In this document: positions 1 to 13,144 of the stretch, piece after piece
How positions within the stretch are numbered: position 1 is the first letter of the stretch
Layout of the letters: each line of letters opens with the position of its first letter
Source of the DNA: Chiloscyllium plagiosum
Taxonomy: Eukaryota
Assembly: GCF_004010195.1 (NCBI RefSeq)
Contig: NC_057718.1
Location: 70,899,790-70,963,789 of the forward strand
Reading direction: 5' to 3'
DNA: 64,000 nucleotides
Position numbers and translations under genes: made by a program
Notes under the pieces: generated by a model
Database searches by the model: none
What the model was told of the DNA's origin: nothing
What the model saw: the letters and a program-made list of their open reading frames with translations, nothing else

Positions 1-715
1 TACCCGTCCATTTCACACTCTCCTCTTCTACAATACGGTCCCTCTCGTTCGTAAATACTGAAGAGAAGTACTTGTTCAAGACCTCTCCTATCTCTTCCGG
101 CTCAATACACAGTCTCCCACTACTGTCCTTGATCGGACCTACCCTCGTTCTCGTCATTCTCATGTTTCTCACATATGCATAAAATGCCTTGGGGTTATCC
201 TTGATCCTATCTGCCAACGATTTTTCATGCCCTCTCTTAGCTCTCCTACTCCCTTTCTTCAGGTCCCTTCTGGCTATCCTGTATCCGTCCACTGCTCTGT
301 CTGAATCCTGTTTCCTCAACCTTATGTAAGCCTCCTTCTTCCTCTTTACAAGACATTCAACCTCCCTCGTCAACCAATGTTCCCTCACACGACCATTTCT
401 TTCCTGCCTGACAGGTACATACATATCAAGGACACGTTGTATCTGTTCCTTGAAAAAGTTCCACATTTCCACGACATCCTTCCCCGACAGCCTGTGCTCC
501 CAACTTATGCTTCTCAGATCCTGTCTTACAGCATCGTAATTACCCTTTCCCCAATTGTAAAACCTACCCTGTTGCATGCACCTATCTCTCTCCATAACCA
601 AGGTGAAAGTCACAGAATTGTGGTCACCATCACCAAAATGTTCACCCACTAACAAGCCCATCACTTGTCCCGGTTCATTACTGAGTACCAAATCCAAAAT
701 GGCCTCCCCTCTGGT
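1..715 (-). mobile_element. CR1/HER1-type LINE ORF2 fragment
   Basis: The reverse complement resembles the CR1 endonuclease-linker region seen at 58175-58470 and 39300-39600. Confidence 0.75.
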
Positions 716-1324
716 CTTCCTTTATATTACTGGCTAGCTTACCCTCGTTTAACATCTTCTCCCCCCTTATTTCATTACTGTTGCCCTCTGTTGGCCTGTG
801 GAAGCTTCCTAATCCTCTGGTTTACCACTGTCCTTTGCCACATTTTATGCTTTCTCTTTTGCTTTTCTGCTATCCCTGACTTCCCTAATCAGCCATGGTT
901 GCCTCATCCTCCCTGTACCATGCTTCTTTGCTGTCTTTCCTGAATTACTCCGAAAAAATGCCATTGCTGTTCCACTGTCTTTCCTGCTAAGCTTCATGCT
1001 TCAGTAGCTGCCTTTATTCAGCTGTAATACTGTTACCTCTGATTCTATCTTCTCCATCTCAAATTGCAGAGTAAATTCAATCCTATTATGATTACTGCCT
1101 CCTAAGGGTTCCTTCACCTTAAGCTCCCTTATTAAGTCTGCCTCATTGCACAACACTAATCCAGTTATTGCCTATCCCTCGTAGGCTCCACCACAAGCTG
1201 CTTTAAAAAGCCATTTGTAGACATTTCACAAATACCCTTTTTCTTGCAATCCACAACCAACCTGATTTTCCCAGTCCACCCACATATTGAAATCCCCCAT
1301 GATCACTGTAACTTTGCCTTTTCT

Positions 1325-1690
1325 AGTTAAAAATCACACAACACCAGGTTATAGTCCGAAAGGTTTATTTGGAAGCAATAGCTGTCGGAGCGCTGCTCCT
1401 TCATCACGTAGCTGTGGAGCAGGATCATATTACACAGAATTTTTAGCAAAATATTACAGAGTCATGCAACTGAAATGATATATTGAACAAACCTAGATTG
1501 CTGTTAAGTCTTTCATCTTTTAGAATGGATTGCAGATTTCAGTTCATTAATATTTAAATCACAGAACTTCTTTTAAGTCACATCTTCAAGATAACTAAGG
1601 TTTTACAAAAAAGTCCGATATCTCAGCTCAGACAATGCATTAAAAGTGTGAGATTAGAGTCTGTCTATATCCAATCTTGAGTCAGACTGC
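1325..1690 (-). mobile_element. Penelope-like pLTR (family A) with decayed hammerhead
   Basis: Starts GTTAAAAATCACACAACACCAGG, shared with 9403, 56740 and 60641. The hammerhead core is mutated (GTGATGA...GACAGCTA on the minus strand). Confidence 0.7.
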
Positions 1691-2960
1691 TGAGGACATT
1701 TGGCCTCAGATCTTCAGGTGACCATCAGGGAGTTGTGATCACTATCACAAAAATGCTCTCTCACCAAGAGATCTGACAATTGACGTAGTTCGTTGCTATG
1801 CACCAAATCCAGTATGGCCTCCCCTCTACTCAGTCTATGTACATATTGAGTCAGGAATCCTTCCTGGACACACCTGACAAAATCCACTCCATCCAAACTA
1901 TTTCCACTAAGGAGGTTCCAATCAGTATTAGGGAAGTTGAAGTCACCCCATGATAACCATGACACTATGACAATCCTGTTACTTCTATACCTTTCCAAAA
2001 TCTGCTTCCCAATCTGCTCCTCTGTGGCACTTTGCTATTGAGGTATCTATAGAAAACTCCCAATAAAGTGACTGCTCCTTCCCTGTTTCTGACTTCCACC
2101 CATACTGACTCAGTAGACAAACCCTTCTTAACAACATGCCTTTCTGCAGCCTCTTTTACCTCCCTTCCTATTCCTTTTGAAACATGTAAACTTTGGAATA
2201 TCCAACAACCATTCCTGCCCCAGTAATATCCAAGTCTCCATAATGGCCACACCACTGTAGTTCCAAGTACTGATTGATACTCCAAGTTCATCACCGTTAT
2301 TCCTGACACTTCCTGCGTCAAAATAAACACACTTCAACCCATCACACTGACTGCAACTTTGCCCTATAGACTGTCTATCCTTCCTCACAGACTGCTTGTT
2401 GTATCTGCCTGTTTACTAGCTACCCCATCCTCTGATCCGTAGCTATGGTTTCCATCCCCCTGCCAAACTAGTTTAAACAGTCCGAAAGAGCTCTAGCAAA
2501 CGTCCCGCCCAGGATATTGGTACCACTCCAGTTCAGGTGCAACCTGTCCTCCTTGTACAGGTCCCACTTTCTCCAGAAGGTATCCTAATGATCTACTTAT
2601 CTGAAGCCAGCTTCTACACCAGCTCTGCAGCCATGTGTTCAGCTGCATTCGCTCTCTGTTCATAGTCTCACCAACCCGTGGCACCAGTAGCAACCCTGAG
2701 ATTACTACTTTGCTTGTTCTGCCTTCTAGCTTCCAAACTAACTTCCTATATTCACTTTTGAGGTCCTCATCCCTTGTGTCACTGGTACCGATATGTACCG
2801 CGACTTCTAGCTGCTCGCTTACCCACCCCCTTAAGAATCTTGTAGACTTGGTCTGAGACATCCCTGACCCTGGCACCTGAGATGCAACATACCGTCCAAA
2901 AGTCTCATTCACGACCATTGAATCTCCTATCACTAATGCTCTCCTATTCTCCCCCTTTCC
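1690..2960 (-). mobile_element. Second CR1 fragment (ORF1 esterase + endonuclease)
   Basis: Motifs RALVIGDSMV, VHIGT, GDFNFPN and SDHNS in the ORF track. Confidence 0.75.
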
Positions 2961-3538
2961 TTTCTGGTGCCCTAGCTCCTGACTACTTTTTGGAGGCCTG
3001 CACATAACTCCAACTATGGTGTTTTTACCTCGGCTTTTCCTTAATTGTACCCACACAGATTCTACACCATCTGACCCTACTTTGTTTCTTACTATTGATT
3101 TAATTTAATTTCTTACTAATAAGGCAACCCCACCTTCTCTGTCCACCTGCCTATCTTTTCGATAGGATGTATACCCTTGAGTATTCAAAGGCGTGGAATG
3201 CCTTGCCTGCAACAGTAGTAGACTCGCCAACTTTATAGCATTTAAATGGTCATTGGATAAACATATGAATGATAACGGAATAGTGTAGCTTGGATGGGCT
3301 TCAGATTTGTTTCACAGGTTGGCGCAATATCGAGGGCCAAAGGGCGTGTACTGCACCTTAATGTTCCATGTTCTATATTCAGCTCCCAATCCGGATCCCC
3401 TTGCAGCCACATCTCAGTAATGCCCCCTACATCATAGCTGCCAATTTTGAACTACCCTACAAACTCACTTAACTTATTCCTGATACTGCTTGCTTCCAGA
3501 TATAATACCTTCAGTCCTGTTTTAACCATCCTTCTTCA

Positions 3539-3836
3539 GCAGCACAGTGGCTCAGTGGTTAGCACTGCTGCCTCCCAGCACCAGGGTCCCAGGTTTGATT
3601 CTAGCTTGGGTGACTGTCTGTATGGAGTTTGCACATTCTCCCCGTGTCTGCGTGGGTTTCCTCTGGGTGCTCCGGTTTCCTCCCACAGTCCAAAGATGTG
3701 GTCAGGTGAATTGGCCATGCTAAATTGCCCATAGTGTTAGATGCATTTGTCAGAGGGGGATGTGGATTCTTCGGAGGGGGCGGTGTGGATTTGTTGAGCC
3801 AAAAGGGCCTGTTTCCACACTGTAGGGAATCTAATC
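3539..3836 (+). mobile_element. HE1 (V-SINE family) tRNA-derived SINE
   Basis: tRNA-like head (TGGCTCAGTGG...GGTTTGATTC), V-domain GGAGTTTGCACATTCTCCCCGTGTCTGCGTGGGTTTCC and a CR1-like tail. Confidence 0.85.
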
Positions 3837-5754
3837 ATTGTCATTCATTCATCCAATATGCTTGAAGTTTGCACACTCTTTCCTATTTGTGTCTGTGCTG
3901 GAGATTTTAATAACCTCTCCTGAGTTCTGCACTCTTACCTCCTCCTTCAATATGGGTTTTCTAATTTCCCCTATTAATGAGCCCTCCCTCTCTATTTAAT
4001 TTAAAGCCCAGTCTACAGCCCTCGTTATGCGATTCACTAGGACTCTGATGAAGTCCGTCCCATTGGAAGTAGTCCATTCTTCCTCACCGGTGCCAGTGTC
4101 CCATTTCAAACCTATTTCTCCCAAACCAATCTTTGAGCCATGCACTTACCTGTTCAATCTTATTGACCCTGTGCCAATTAGCTCATGGCTCAGGTAGTAA
4201 TCCAGAGAGTTTTACCTTATTGGTTCTGCCTAGCTGCTCATACTCCCTTAGCTGTTCATACTGCCCTCGGCTCTAGTTTTATCTCTGTCGTTGGTATACC
4301 TACGTGGATCACGACTACTGAATCTTCATCCTCCCACCCCAAGTTCCTCTGTAGCCCAGATGAGATATCCCGAACGTGAGCACCAGGCAGGCAACACAAC
4401 CGTCGGGACTCTTCATTCTGGTCACAGAGAACAGTGTCTATGTCTCTAACTATACTGACCCAATTACAACAACATTTCTCTGCTCTCTCTCGACTTGAAC
4501 TTCTCCCTGCACCATAGTGCTACTGTCAGTCGGCTCATCCTCCCTGCAGTCTCCATTCCCATCCATACAGGGAACAAAATTCTTGAACCTGTTGGACAAG
4601 GACACGGGCTGATGTTTCTGCAAATCTACCTCCTGGATCCCTCTCTCCATGCCTCACTCACAGCCTCCTGTCCCTGACAACTGGCTGAATTTGAGTTAGT
4701 TAGTCTAAGGGGTGTGACTGTCTCCTGAAACACAGCATCCAGATAACTCTCCCCCTTCCTAATGTGTCGCGAGGTTTGAAGGTCAGACTCTAACTCATCA
4801 ACTCTGAGCCGGACTTCTTTCAGCAACCAACATTTACGACAAAAGTGGTCACTGCGAACCACAATGGGGTCGACCAGCTCCCACATCATGCCGAAACAAC
4901 ACATTACCCATCCTTATTTTATTTCATTAGTTTTGAATTTTTAAAAAATTTTTAACCGTTTTTGTATCTCTGCTTATGTAAGTTGTAACCAAGAAATTAA
5001 CAAGATTCAATTTAAAACAAATTCAAATTTAGCAGACCCCCTTTTTTTAGTCAATCAAATCATAGCCCTCCCATGATGTCACTTTTCAGTTTCGCCTCAG
5101 TCAAAACTTCTACCGAATTGGAAACTCTTACTTTCCCAGACTGCTCTCCGTTCGTTCCCACTCAGCTTTGGTCCCGAAGCGTAGGTCCCAAATCCACACG
5201 GTAAATTTTTACATTTTCTAACCTTCTCAGGCTGCTCTCTGTTTGCTCCTGTTCAGCTCTGGTCTCTTTAAGTGAAGCATAACTTACCTGATTACTTGCT
5301 GTACCTGCACTGTGACACCCAGATCTCCTGCATTTCAGAGCTCTGTAATCTCTTACTACTTAGGTGATATGCTTCTTTTTTACTCTTTCTGTCAAAACGG
5401 ACAATTTCATATTTTCCCACATTACATTCCACTCGGCAGATCTTTGCCCACTCACTTAACCTATGTAGGTTCCTAATGTCCACCTTACAAGTCACTTTGC
5501 TACCTATGTTTGTGTACAAAACAATCACTGGTTCCCCTTTATCTTCATCGCAAGTTACTTTTAAAGTTAAATATGATTTACCTTTGACAAAACCATGTTG
5601 ATCCACATGTTTGCTTTGAATTTATCAATGCTCTGTATTTTTTTAAATAATAGTCTCTAATAATAGCTTCTAAAATTTTCCCTATGACAGAAGTTAAGCT
5701 AACTGCCATGCAGCTTTAGACAACATTTAGAATACTGAGAAGAGGCCTCTTCGG

Positions 5755-6280
5755 TGTCTAATTCTGGTTGCCCATTATAGGAAGGAGAGGCTTCAGAAAA
5801 GATTTACCAGGATGTTGCCAAAAGTGGAAGGCTTGAGTTATAAGGAGGGGCTGGATAGTCTGGGACTTTTTTCACTGGACTGAGAGGTGATCTTATAGAT
5901 GTTTACAAAATCATGAAGGGCATAGATAAGATGAATGACAGGTGTCTTTTGCCGAGGGTGGGGGATTTTAAAACCAGGGGACATATTTTTAACAGGAGCG
6001 GAGAAATATTTCAAAAGATAATGAGGGGCAATTATTTTACGCAGAGAGTGGTTCACGTGTGGAATGAACTCCCAGAGGAAGTGGTGGATGTGGATACAGA
6101 TAAAAAGTTTAAAGAAATTTAGATAAGTACGTGAATAAGAAATATTTGGAGGGATGTGGACCAAGTGCAGGCAGGTGAGACTAGTTTGTTTGGGATTATG
6201 GTCAATATGACCCAAAGGGTCTGTTTCCATGTATCACTCAATGACTATGACTATCACTATGACTATGACTATGACTATTG
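5755..6280 (+). mobile_element. CR1 LINE 3' end
   Basis: TRGH...FTQRVV..WN motif and a (GACTAT)n tail. Confidence 0.8.
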
Positions 6281-6853
6281 GTGGAATGCATCTATTCCGT
6301 GCTTTCTGGAATATCCCCATAAATGTTTGTTGATGCATCTCTAATGACCTATTCCTTAACCAAAATTGACAGTTCACTTTCACCAGCTCTGCTCTCATGC
6401 AAATTCAAATTAGGAGTCTTAGACACATGCTTCTCTTGTTTAAAATGTGGAGTGTTTTCACTATGAGGTCAGTAATTATCCAAAGCCATTGGTCAAAACT
6501 AATCCTAATATGGGTTGCTCGCTGATTAAACATTTATGGCACTAACCAGCCTTCTCTAATCAGCCTTCCTCTTTTTTTTAAACCACATACACTATTTAAA
6601 TGTCTAAAGACAATTCACTGATTTATGTCATGTCAGTTAATACTGTCTTCTCATACTCTCTTTACTGTCTTCCTATACTGCTACAAAGAGTCAACAAGTC
6701 CTTATTAATAACATAGCAATTAAGCAACACTAAGGATGTGTTGCAAGACATTTGCAGAGCTAGTGCAACTTTATACTAGGGTCACAAGTACTAAATACGA
6801 TGGCGAAGTATACTTCTGTCTCATTGAGTCATCCAATTATTCTTAACACTTAC

Positions 6854-6977
6854 CAATATACTTGAAGGGTTTTCCCAGCTTAGTGAGTTGACTCAGACAC
6901 AGTTCCACCACACTTGTTGTCCACTGACTAACTCTGCTAGGCTGATATGCATTTCCACCAATTGCAGCCTCTATTGA
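6854..6977 (-). CDS. DYNLT1: DYNLT1 coding exon 3 ([41 protein letters not shown])
   Basis: 124-nt exon bounded by TTGCAG and GTAAG. Its translation is near-identical to the Tctex-1 core. Remaining exons were not found in the window. Confidence 0.95.
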
Positions 6978-7062
6978 CTGCAAGTAATAGAAAACTGATA
7001 AGTTTTCACAGCTAAGTGTTAAAAATTTAGATAGAACTGAATTATTCTCAATACCATCTTAC

Positions 7063-7104
7063 CTCTTTAATAATGCCACTAATTTCGTCGACAATAAAGG
7101 CAGT
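7063..7104 (-). CDS. DYNLT1: DYNLT1 coding exon 2 (TAFIVDEISGIIKE)
   Basis: 42-nt exon preceded by branch-like CTAAC, a pyrimidine tract and AG, and followed by GTAAG. The peptide matches DYNLT1 TAFVVDEVSNIVKE. Confidence 0.93.
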
Positions 7105-7183
7105 CTCAAGAGGAAAGAAAAAGGTTAGTTTTAGACTTAATATCTTTCTAAAATGCTCTTACTTAAAAAAATCTATTCACTGT

Positions 7184-7891
7184 TGTTATGTCATGGAGAT
7201 GAACCCCTCTGTTAATTAAACCAATCACCCAGAAAAGCTCATCTCACCTCATAATCTGTTAAAATATGAATGACAGAGAACTCACAAATTCCACTATTTA
7301 AAGAAATTAACCTCCTTTTTTAACTCTATAAGTGAACATTAAATAACTATTCACAATTCTAAGCCCCTCTTTCTTTTAATTGCTTATTATCTGCCTCCAA
7401 TTCTATAAGAAAATGCTGTTCCAATAAGACTTATTAAAATTACATCAACTTAATTCCAAAACTACATAGCTGCTGTCTTCTCCTGTCTTCCCTCTTCTGG
7501 CTATGGATCTCCCTGGGCCATCTTTCTTTTTACTGCGAGTATGTTTCATATGCAAAGGTACCTTTGATAGAATGCTTCCTAATTTCTTGGAGAGCAAGAT
7601 GTTAGCTCTCCCTGCGTTTCTGTCTCAATGGTGGCAAAACAATAAATTCAAACTCGATTGGGATTTAGTATCCTGCAGCATAATTTAAACTGACTGGTTA
7701 AATTCAAACTGTTGTCCATTAGCCAACAAAACTCAGGTATCCAGTTCACAGTCAAATGTTATATATTTTCAATTTTTCAGTACAATCTAGGACTGCCATC
7801 TTGTCACATACACAGGTGTTTGTAAGCTCTCAGTTCAGAACAGCATTCACTCTCTCTTAAAGGTACAGTACACACCTTCAACTTCATAACA
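7184..7891 (-). mobile_element. Solo LTR (gypsy/Gmr1-related)
   Basis: TGTTATG...CATAACA termini with a 4-bp TSD CTGT (7180-7183 / 7892-7895). Homologous to 16994-17737. Confidence 0.85.
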
Positions 7892-8429
7892 CTGTATAGT
7901 CAAGGCTTGCAACTGACAATCATCCATGATGCAAAAAAAATTATAAACTATGACATATTTCCGAGCATATTGTTCAACCCTGATTAATAACCACAGCCAG
8001 CGAATGGCTGGGCCTGAGTATCCAAAATCTACAGCCACTGGGGAATTTAGACACAGTTAAAAAAAAATCTTGGAATAAAAAGATTGTTGCAGACTAATGA
8101 CCAAACTGTAGTGAGCACCCAAGTACACAAATGTCCTTGCAAAAGGAAATCTGCCATGTTTAACCACAATGTCCTACGTTTGATTCCAGATTAATTGCAA
8201 AAATCAATGATTTCTAACTGGCCTAGCTAAATCTAGGCCTGGTACCACTAAATGGCTCCTGACTTGATGGGCTGATAGAATAGTTACATCATAGTGATTG
8301 TAATTCTGGATTTTCAGACAACACGATAAAACCTGAAGATACATGCTAAGGCACTGTCCTGGTTCATTATTAATTTGAAAATCTTATGTAACATTTCCAA
8401 GCCTTCTCTATCCAGCAGGAATAAATACA

Positions 8430-9100
8430 ATTCTTTGAACATAGAACAGGAACGGGCCCTTTGGCACAGACTGTTGTGCTGAACATGATGCCAAATTAAA
8501 CTCATCCCTTCTGCTTGCCCTTGGTCCATATCGCTCTATTCCTTGCATATTCAAACACTGATCTAAATGTCCTTAAACGCTCCTGTGGAATCAGCCTTCA
8601 TCACCAACTCTGGCAGCACATTCCAGAGTCCTACCACTATTTATGTAAAAAACTTGCCCTTCACATCTCCTTTGAACTTTCCTCCCCTTACATTAAATGA
8701 ATGCCCCCTGGTATCAGACATTTCAAATCTCAAGGAAAAAGATTCTGATTGTCAATCCCAACTATGTATCTCATAATTTTAGAGACTTCTAACAAGTCTT
8801 CCTTTAGCCCCCGCCGCTCCAGAGAAAACAACTTTTTCTAGCCTTTCCTTATAGCTCATACCCTCTAATCCAGGCAGCATCCTGGTATTCTTCTGCACCC
8901 TCTCCAAAGCCTCTTCCTGTAATGTGGTGACTCGAATTGCATGTAATACCCTTAAGTGTACCCTAACCAAAGTCTTATAAAGCTGCAATGTGACATCCTG
9001 ACTCTTGTACTCAATAAAGGCAAGCATGTCATATGTCTTCTTTACCATCCTATTTATCTGCATGGCTACTTACAGGAATCACAAGATCCTCTATACATCA
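8430..9100 (-). mobile_element. CR1 LINE 3' end
   Basis: LYKTLVRVHL...RMLPGLEGMSYKERL motif. Confidence 0.8.
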
Positions 9101-9400
9101 ACGCTTGGTTTTGGTTAATCATGTTATAGTTATTAACAAAACTGCAGGCAATTTAAAGCATCATGCTTGCACACATAAAAAAAGTCACCCAGTACCATTT
9201 CTCTGCCTCCTTGTAACCCTGCATATACTTCCATTTCAGATAATAATCCAATTCTTTCTTGAATGATGCAATTAAGTGTGCTTTCATCACACGCTCAAGT
9301 AATGCATCGTAATTACCGTGAGAAGAAGATTTTCCTCAGATATCTTTATTTTGGTCAATTTCCTTAAATCTGTGCTCTCTTGCTCTTGATCCCTACATCT

Positions 9401-10199
9401 ACTAAAAAATCACACAACACCAGGTTATAGTCCAACAGGTTTATTTAAAAATACTAGCCGTCACAGTGCTGCTCCTCCATCAAATAACTAGTGGGGTAGG
9501 TTCATAAGACACAGAATTTAAAGTAAAATCACAGTGTCATGCAATTCAAATGATATATTGAACAAACCTAGATTGCTATTAAATTTTTCATCTTTTAGGA
9601 TGGGTTGCAGGTTTCAGTTCATTAATGTATAACCAAAACCTGCAAACCATTTGAAATGATGAAAGACTTAACAGCAATTTAGATTTGCTCAATATATCAT
9701 CTTAATATATGCCCCACTAGTTACCAGATGAAGGAGCAGCATTCTGAAAACTAGTACAGGTAGACAACCCTTTATCTGAAATTCCGAAATCTGAAAAGCT
9801 CCAAAATCTGAAGGATTTTGTGAAGTTTTCATCTCATTAACAAGCTTGTGTGGCATGCAAACAGTTAACCCAACTCCACACCCACTCGATGCGTGTCACT
9901 CAGATATAACGCCAGGGGGTGGCAATGGCCCAGCACTGGCAGGCCTCAATTCTATTTCAGGGCCCGTAGTACTCACAGTGAGTCTGCTGTTTGCTAAGTC
10001 ACTTTTAAATTTCACCATCAAAATGCCACCTATTCTAAAATTCGAAAAATTCTGAATTTCAAAAACTAGCTGGTCCTGAGCATTTTGGATAAAGGTTTGC
10101 GTACTTGTACTTCCAAATAAACCTGTTGGACTATAACCTGGTATTGTGAGATTTTTAACTTTGTCCACCACAGTCCAACACCGGCACCTCCACATCATT
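9401..10199. mobile_element. Fold-back Penelope-like element (family A) with a nested MITE
   Basis: Inverted pLTR arms (from ~9403 and ending ~10159), a ~40-nt 3' tail, and a flanking CCTACATCT duplication (9392-9400 / 10200-10208). Confidence 0.75.
9757..10107. mobile_element. Tc1/mariner-pogo (Tigger-like) MITE
   Basis: Imperfect TIRs CAGGTAGACAACCCTTTATCTGAAAT / ATTTTGGATAAAGGTTTGCGTACTTG, with TA on both sides. Confidence 0.75.
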
Positions 10200-10609
10200 C
10201 CTACATCTGAGCAAAAGGTTTTACTCCTGTCTACTTTTCAGACCCTTCAGGATATTGAATATATTAATCAAATCTCCTCTTGACTTTTTCTTCTTCAAGG
10301 AAAAATGTCACAACTTCACCAAGCTGTGTTACCAAAGTTTCTCATTCCAGAAAAAAAAATTGTCAGGTGAGGTAAAAGATGGGGGCTTGTGATTGTGGGA
10401 TTGGAATGGATTTAGTGGGTTTGTGGAGCAATGGAGTTGTTGTGGGATTGATGGGGAGGGTTTGTGGAATCAGTGAGGAGAGATGGGTTACAGGATTGAA
10501 GAGGACATAGAGGCTGTGGGAAATGGAGGGGGTGTTGCAGAATTTATGCCGAAATCAGGTTGCAAGATTGAGCGTTAATTATGGGGAGATTGCAGAATTG
10601 AAGGTGAAA

Positions 10610-11079
10610 GACGGGCATGCTTTGGAGAGAGTGCAGAAGACGTTTACTAGATTGCTATCTGGATTAGAGGATATGAGCCATAAGGAGAAAAATTCAAGTT
10701 GTTTTCTCTGGAGCAGTAGAGGCTGAGGGGTGACTTGATAGATGTCTATAAAATTGTGAGATGCACAGATCGATTCTGACTGTCGACCTTTTTTCGCAGA
10801 GTCAAAATGTCTAATACTATAGGATATGCATTTAAGGTGAGAGGGGGAATGTTCAAAGGAGATATGAGGGGCAGGATCTTTAACGGTGAGTGGTAGGAGT
10901 CTGGAATGTGCTGCCAGGGATGGTGATGGCATTTCAGCGGCTTTTAGATAAGTACATGAATATGCGAGGAATGGGGGGACTATGGACAAAAGGCAGGCAG
11001 AAATAATTAGTTTAATTTGGCATCATGTTTGACACAACATTGTGGGCCAAAGGGCCCGTTCCTATGTTGTACCATTCAA
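10610..11079 (+). mobile_element. CR1 LINE 3' end
   Basis: ALERVQKTFTRLLSGL motif and a typical 3'UTR. Confidence 0.75.
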
Positions 11080-11274
11080 CAGTCAGTTCTGGTATAACAT
11101 GGTAGTTCTGTTCTCATGCAATCCTGTGTTATAAGTAGCACCATTCAAACTGTTGGGGCCAGAAACATATTATAACCAATACATGCTTTAAAAGTTCACA
11201 CTTTAGGAACAGTATCTCCAATTTGTCAATCACCTTATAGCGATTTCGCATCAACGTCATAGCAGAATGACCTG
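11080..11274. mobile_element. Tigger-like MITE (same TIR family as 46624)
   Basis: CAGTCAGTTCTGGTATAAC ... GTCATAGCAGAATGACCTG|TA. Confidence 0.65.
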
Positions 11275-11894
11275 TATGTTCTATCCCCTTTAAATCTTTT
11301 TCCCTTTACCTTAAATTTATACTCTCTAGACACTGATCCTTCTATCAAAGGGAAAGATTTCTTCCTGTCTGCTCTAGCTATGCTCTTCATAATTTTGCAA
11401 ATCTCAATCATGTCCCTCTCAATCTAGTATTCTCGGAGGAAAACAACTACAATCTATCCAATCTCTCTTCAGAAGTGAAATCCACCAGCCCAGGCATCAT
11501 CCTGGTAAATCTTCTCTGGAATCTCTCCAGTACTGTTACAACCTTTCTAATGTGGATTCCAGAACTGCACACTATTATAAAGTTGTGTAGTGTACTCACG
11601 AACTGGAAGGCAGGAAGCTCGAACTTGTTTGTAAAAATGATGGAGGGGCAGGGAAAGAGTGCATGGCTTCTTTAAGAGGTAGACAGCATTTCTATGCTTG
11701 GAGATTTATATAGAAAATGTGTCTGTAAGGAACTGAAAGTATACAGACAGTTCTAAAATTGAAACATGTATCAATTGCCTGTGTGTTGGAAGCTTTAGGC
11801 TTGTTTTGATGTTTTGGTAGCTACCTTGAAATCAGCCTATTAATTTAAACCAAGCACTTAGAAACTGAAAACCAATCAAATTTAAATCTGATTT

Positions 11895-12217
11895 TTTTTT
11901 AGATTAGATTACTTACAGTGTGGAAACAGGCCCTTCGGCCCAACAAGTCCACACTGACCCTCCGAAGAGCAAACCGCCCAGACCCATTCCCCTACATTAA
12001 CCCCTTCATCTAACACTACGGGCAATTTTAGTATGGCCAATTCACCAAAACTGCACATCTTTGGACTGTGGGAGGAAACCGGAGCACCCGGAGGAAACCC
12101 ACGCAGACACGGGGAGAATGTGCAAACTCCACACAAACAGTTGCCTGAGGCGGAAATTGAACCTGGGTCTCTGGCATTGTGAGGCAGCAGTGCTAACCAC
12201 TGTGCCATCGTGCCACC
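11895..12217 (-). mobile_element. HE1 SINE
   Basis: Full head, V-domain and (AGATT)n tail. Confidence 0.88.
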
Positions 12218-13144
12218 TCATAAGCTGTTAAAGGAAGTGTGAAAATTAGTATAACCTGCCTCTCATCCCCTATCTGTTATAAATGAAAGAAATCCTGATA
12301 AGCAACATCCTTTATAAGCAACAAGTAACAATTTATTTAACCCCAACAGTGAACAAATTAACAGAACTACTAACAAACTGAACAATTTCTCTCGAACCAC
12401 TAACTATTCCCTAACTGAACAAAATTCTACTGGTGTGCTTTTCCAATAAACACAAGTCCCACTTACATAAATCCAAGTATTAAGAAAACTGGGGTAGTAA
12501 AGTAAAGATTAGGTGAGAAAAATGTGTTTTATTTTGGTTACTTGTGATTGGTTAAATCAAAAGTAGGGAAATGGCTCTTAACATTGCTAAAGAAGTTCTG
12601 GGGTTTGAAGACGCTTCACAAATTTGCCAAGAGAGGAAGGATATACTTTTAGACATAGCAAACAGGTTAGAATTGGGTTTAACTAGGGATAAGAAGAGAG
12701 CTGAAATTGTAACTGAGTTAAGCAAGCATTTAGGTTTACCACAGAAACAGTCAGGTGCAGTGGAGTTACAAAAAACTAAATTGAAAATTAGACATTTGGA
12801 GTTAGGAAAAGGAAAGAAGGGCCCAGGCAGAAGAGGAAGAAAGGGAACAGAAACATTTTGAATTACAGTTATAAGCAGATAAAAGACTAAAAGAAAAAGA
12901 CAGCGTTTGAACTTCAAGTTGCAAATTAAACAGGATAGCCGACATAAAAGGATGGAAATGAAGGTAGAAGATATGTTTAGTGAGCAGAAGAGTGATGATG
13001 AGCAGAGCCACTATAGCCAAAGACCTGATTGGGATAAACACAAATATGTCAAATCATTACCAAAATTTGATGAAAAAGATGCAGAAGCCTTTTTCATTTC
13101 CTTTGAGAAATGGGCCAGGCAGGTGAATTGGCCAGATTGTGTGG

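Larger units (their letters stand above)
716..5270 (-). mobile_element. CR1 LINE 5' half (ORF1 zinc-finger/esterase + APE endonuclease), interrupted by nested insertions
   Basis: ORF fragments MWELVDPIVVRSDHFCRKC..LRVDELE (ORF1), RNVVVIGS (esterase) and MWVQLRKSRGKNTIVGVMCRPP (endonuclease). Interrupted at about 1325-2960, 3186-3375 and 3539-3836. Confidence 0.75.

Noticed and set aside
3539..3615. tRNA gene
   Set aside because: tRNA-derived SINE head fused to a V-domain and LINE-like tail. The same applies to the other HE1 copies and to 51488.
1..6850. DYNLT1 exons 4-5
   Set aside because: No CVIMQK/GLHTA or RWEN-like coding sequence was found. They probably lie left of the window.
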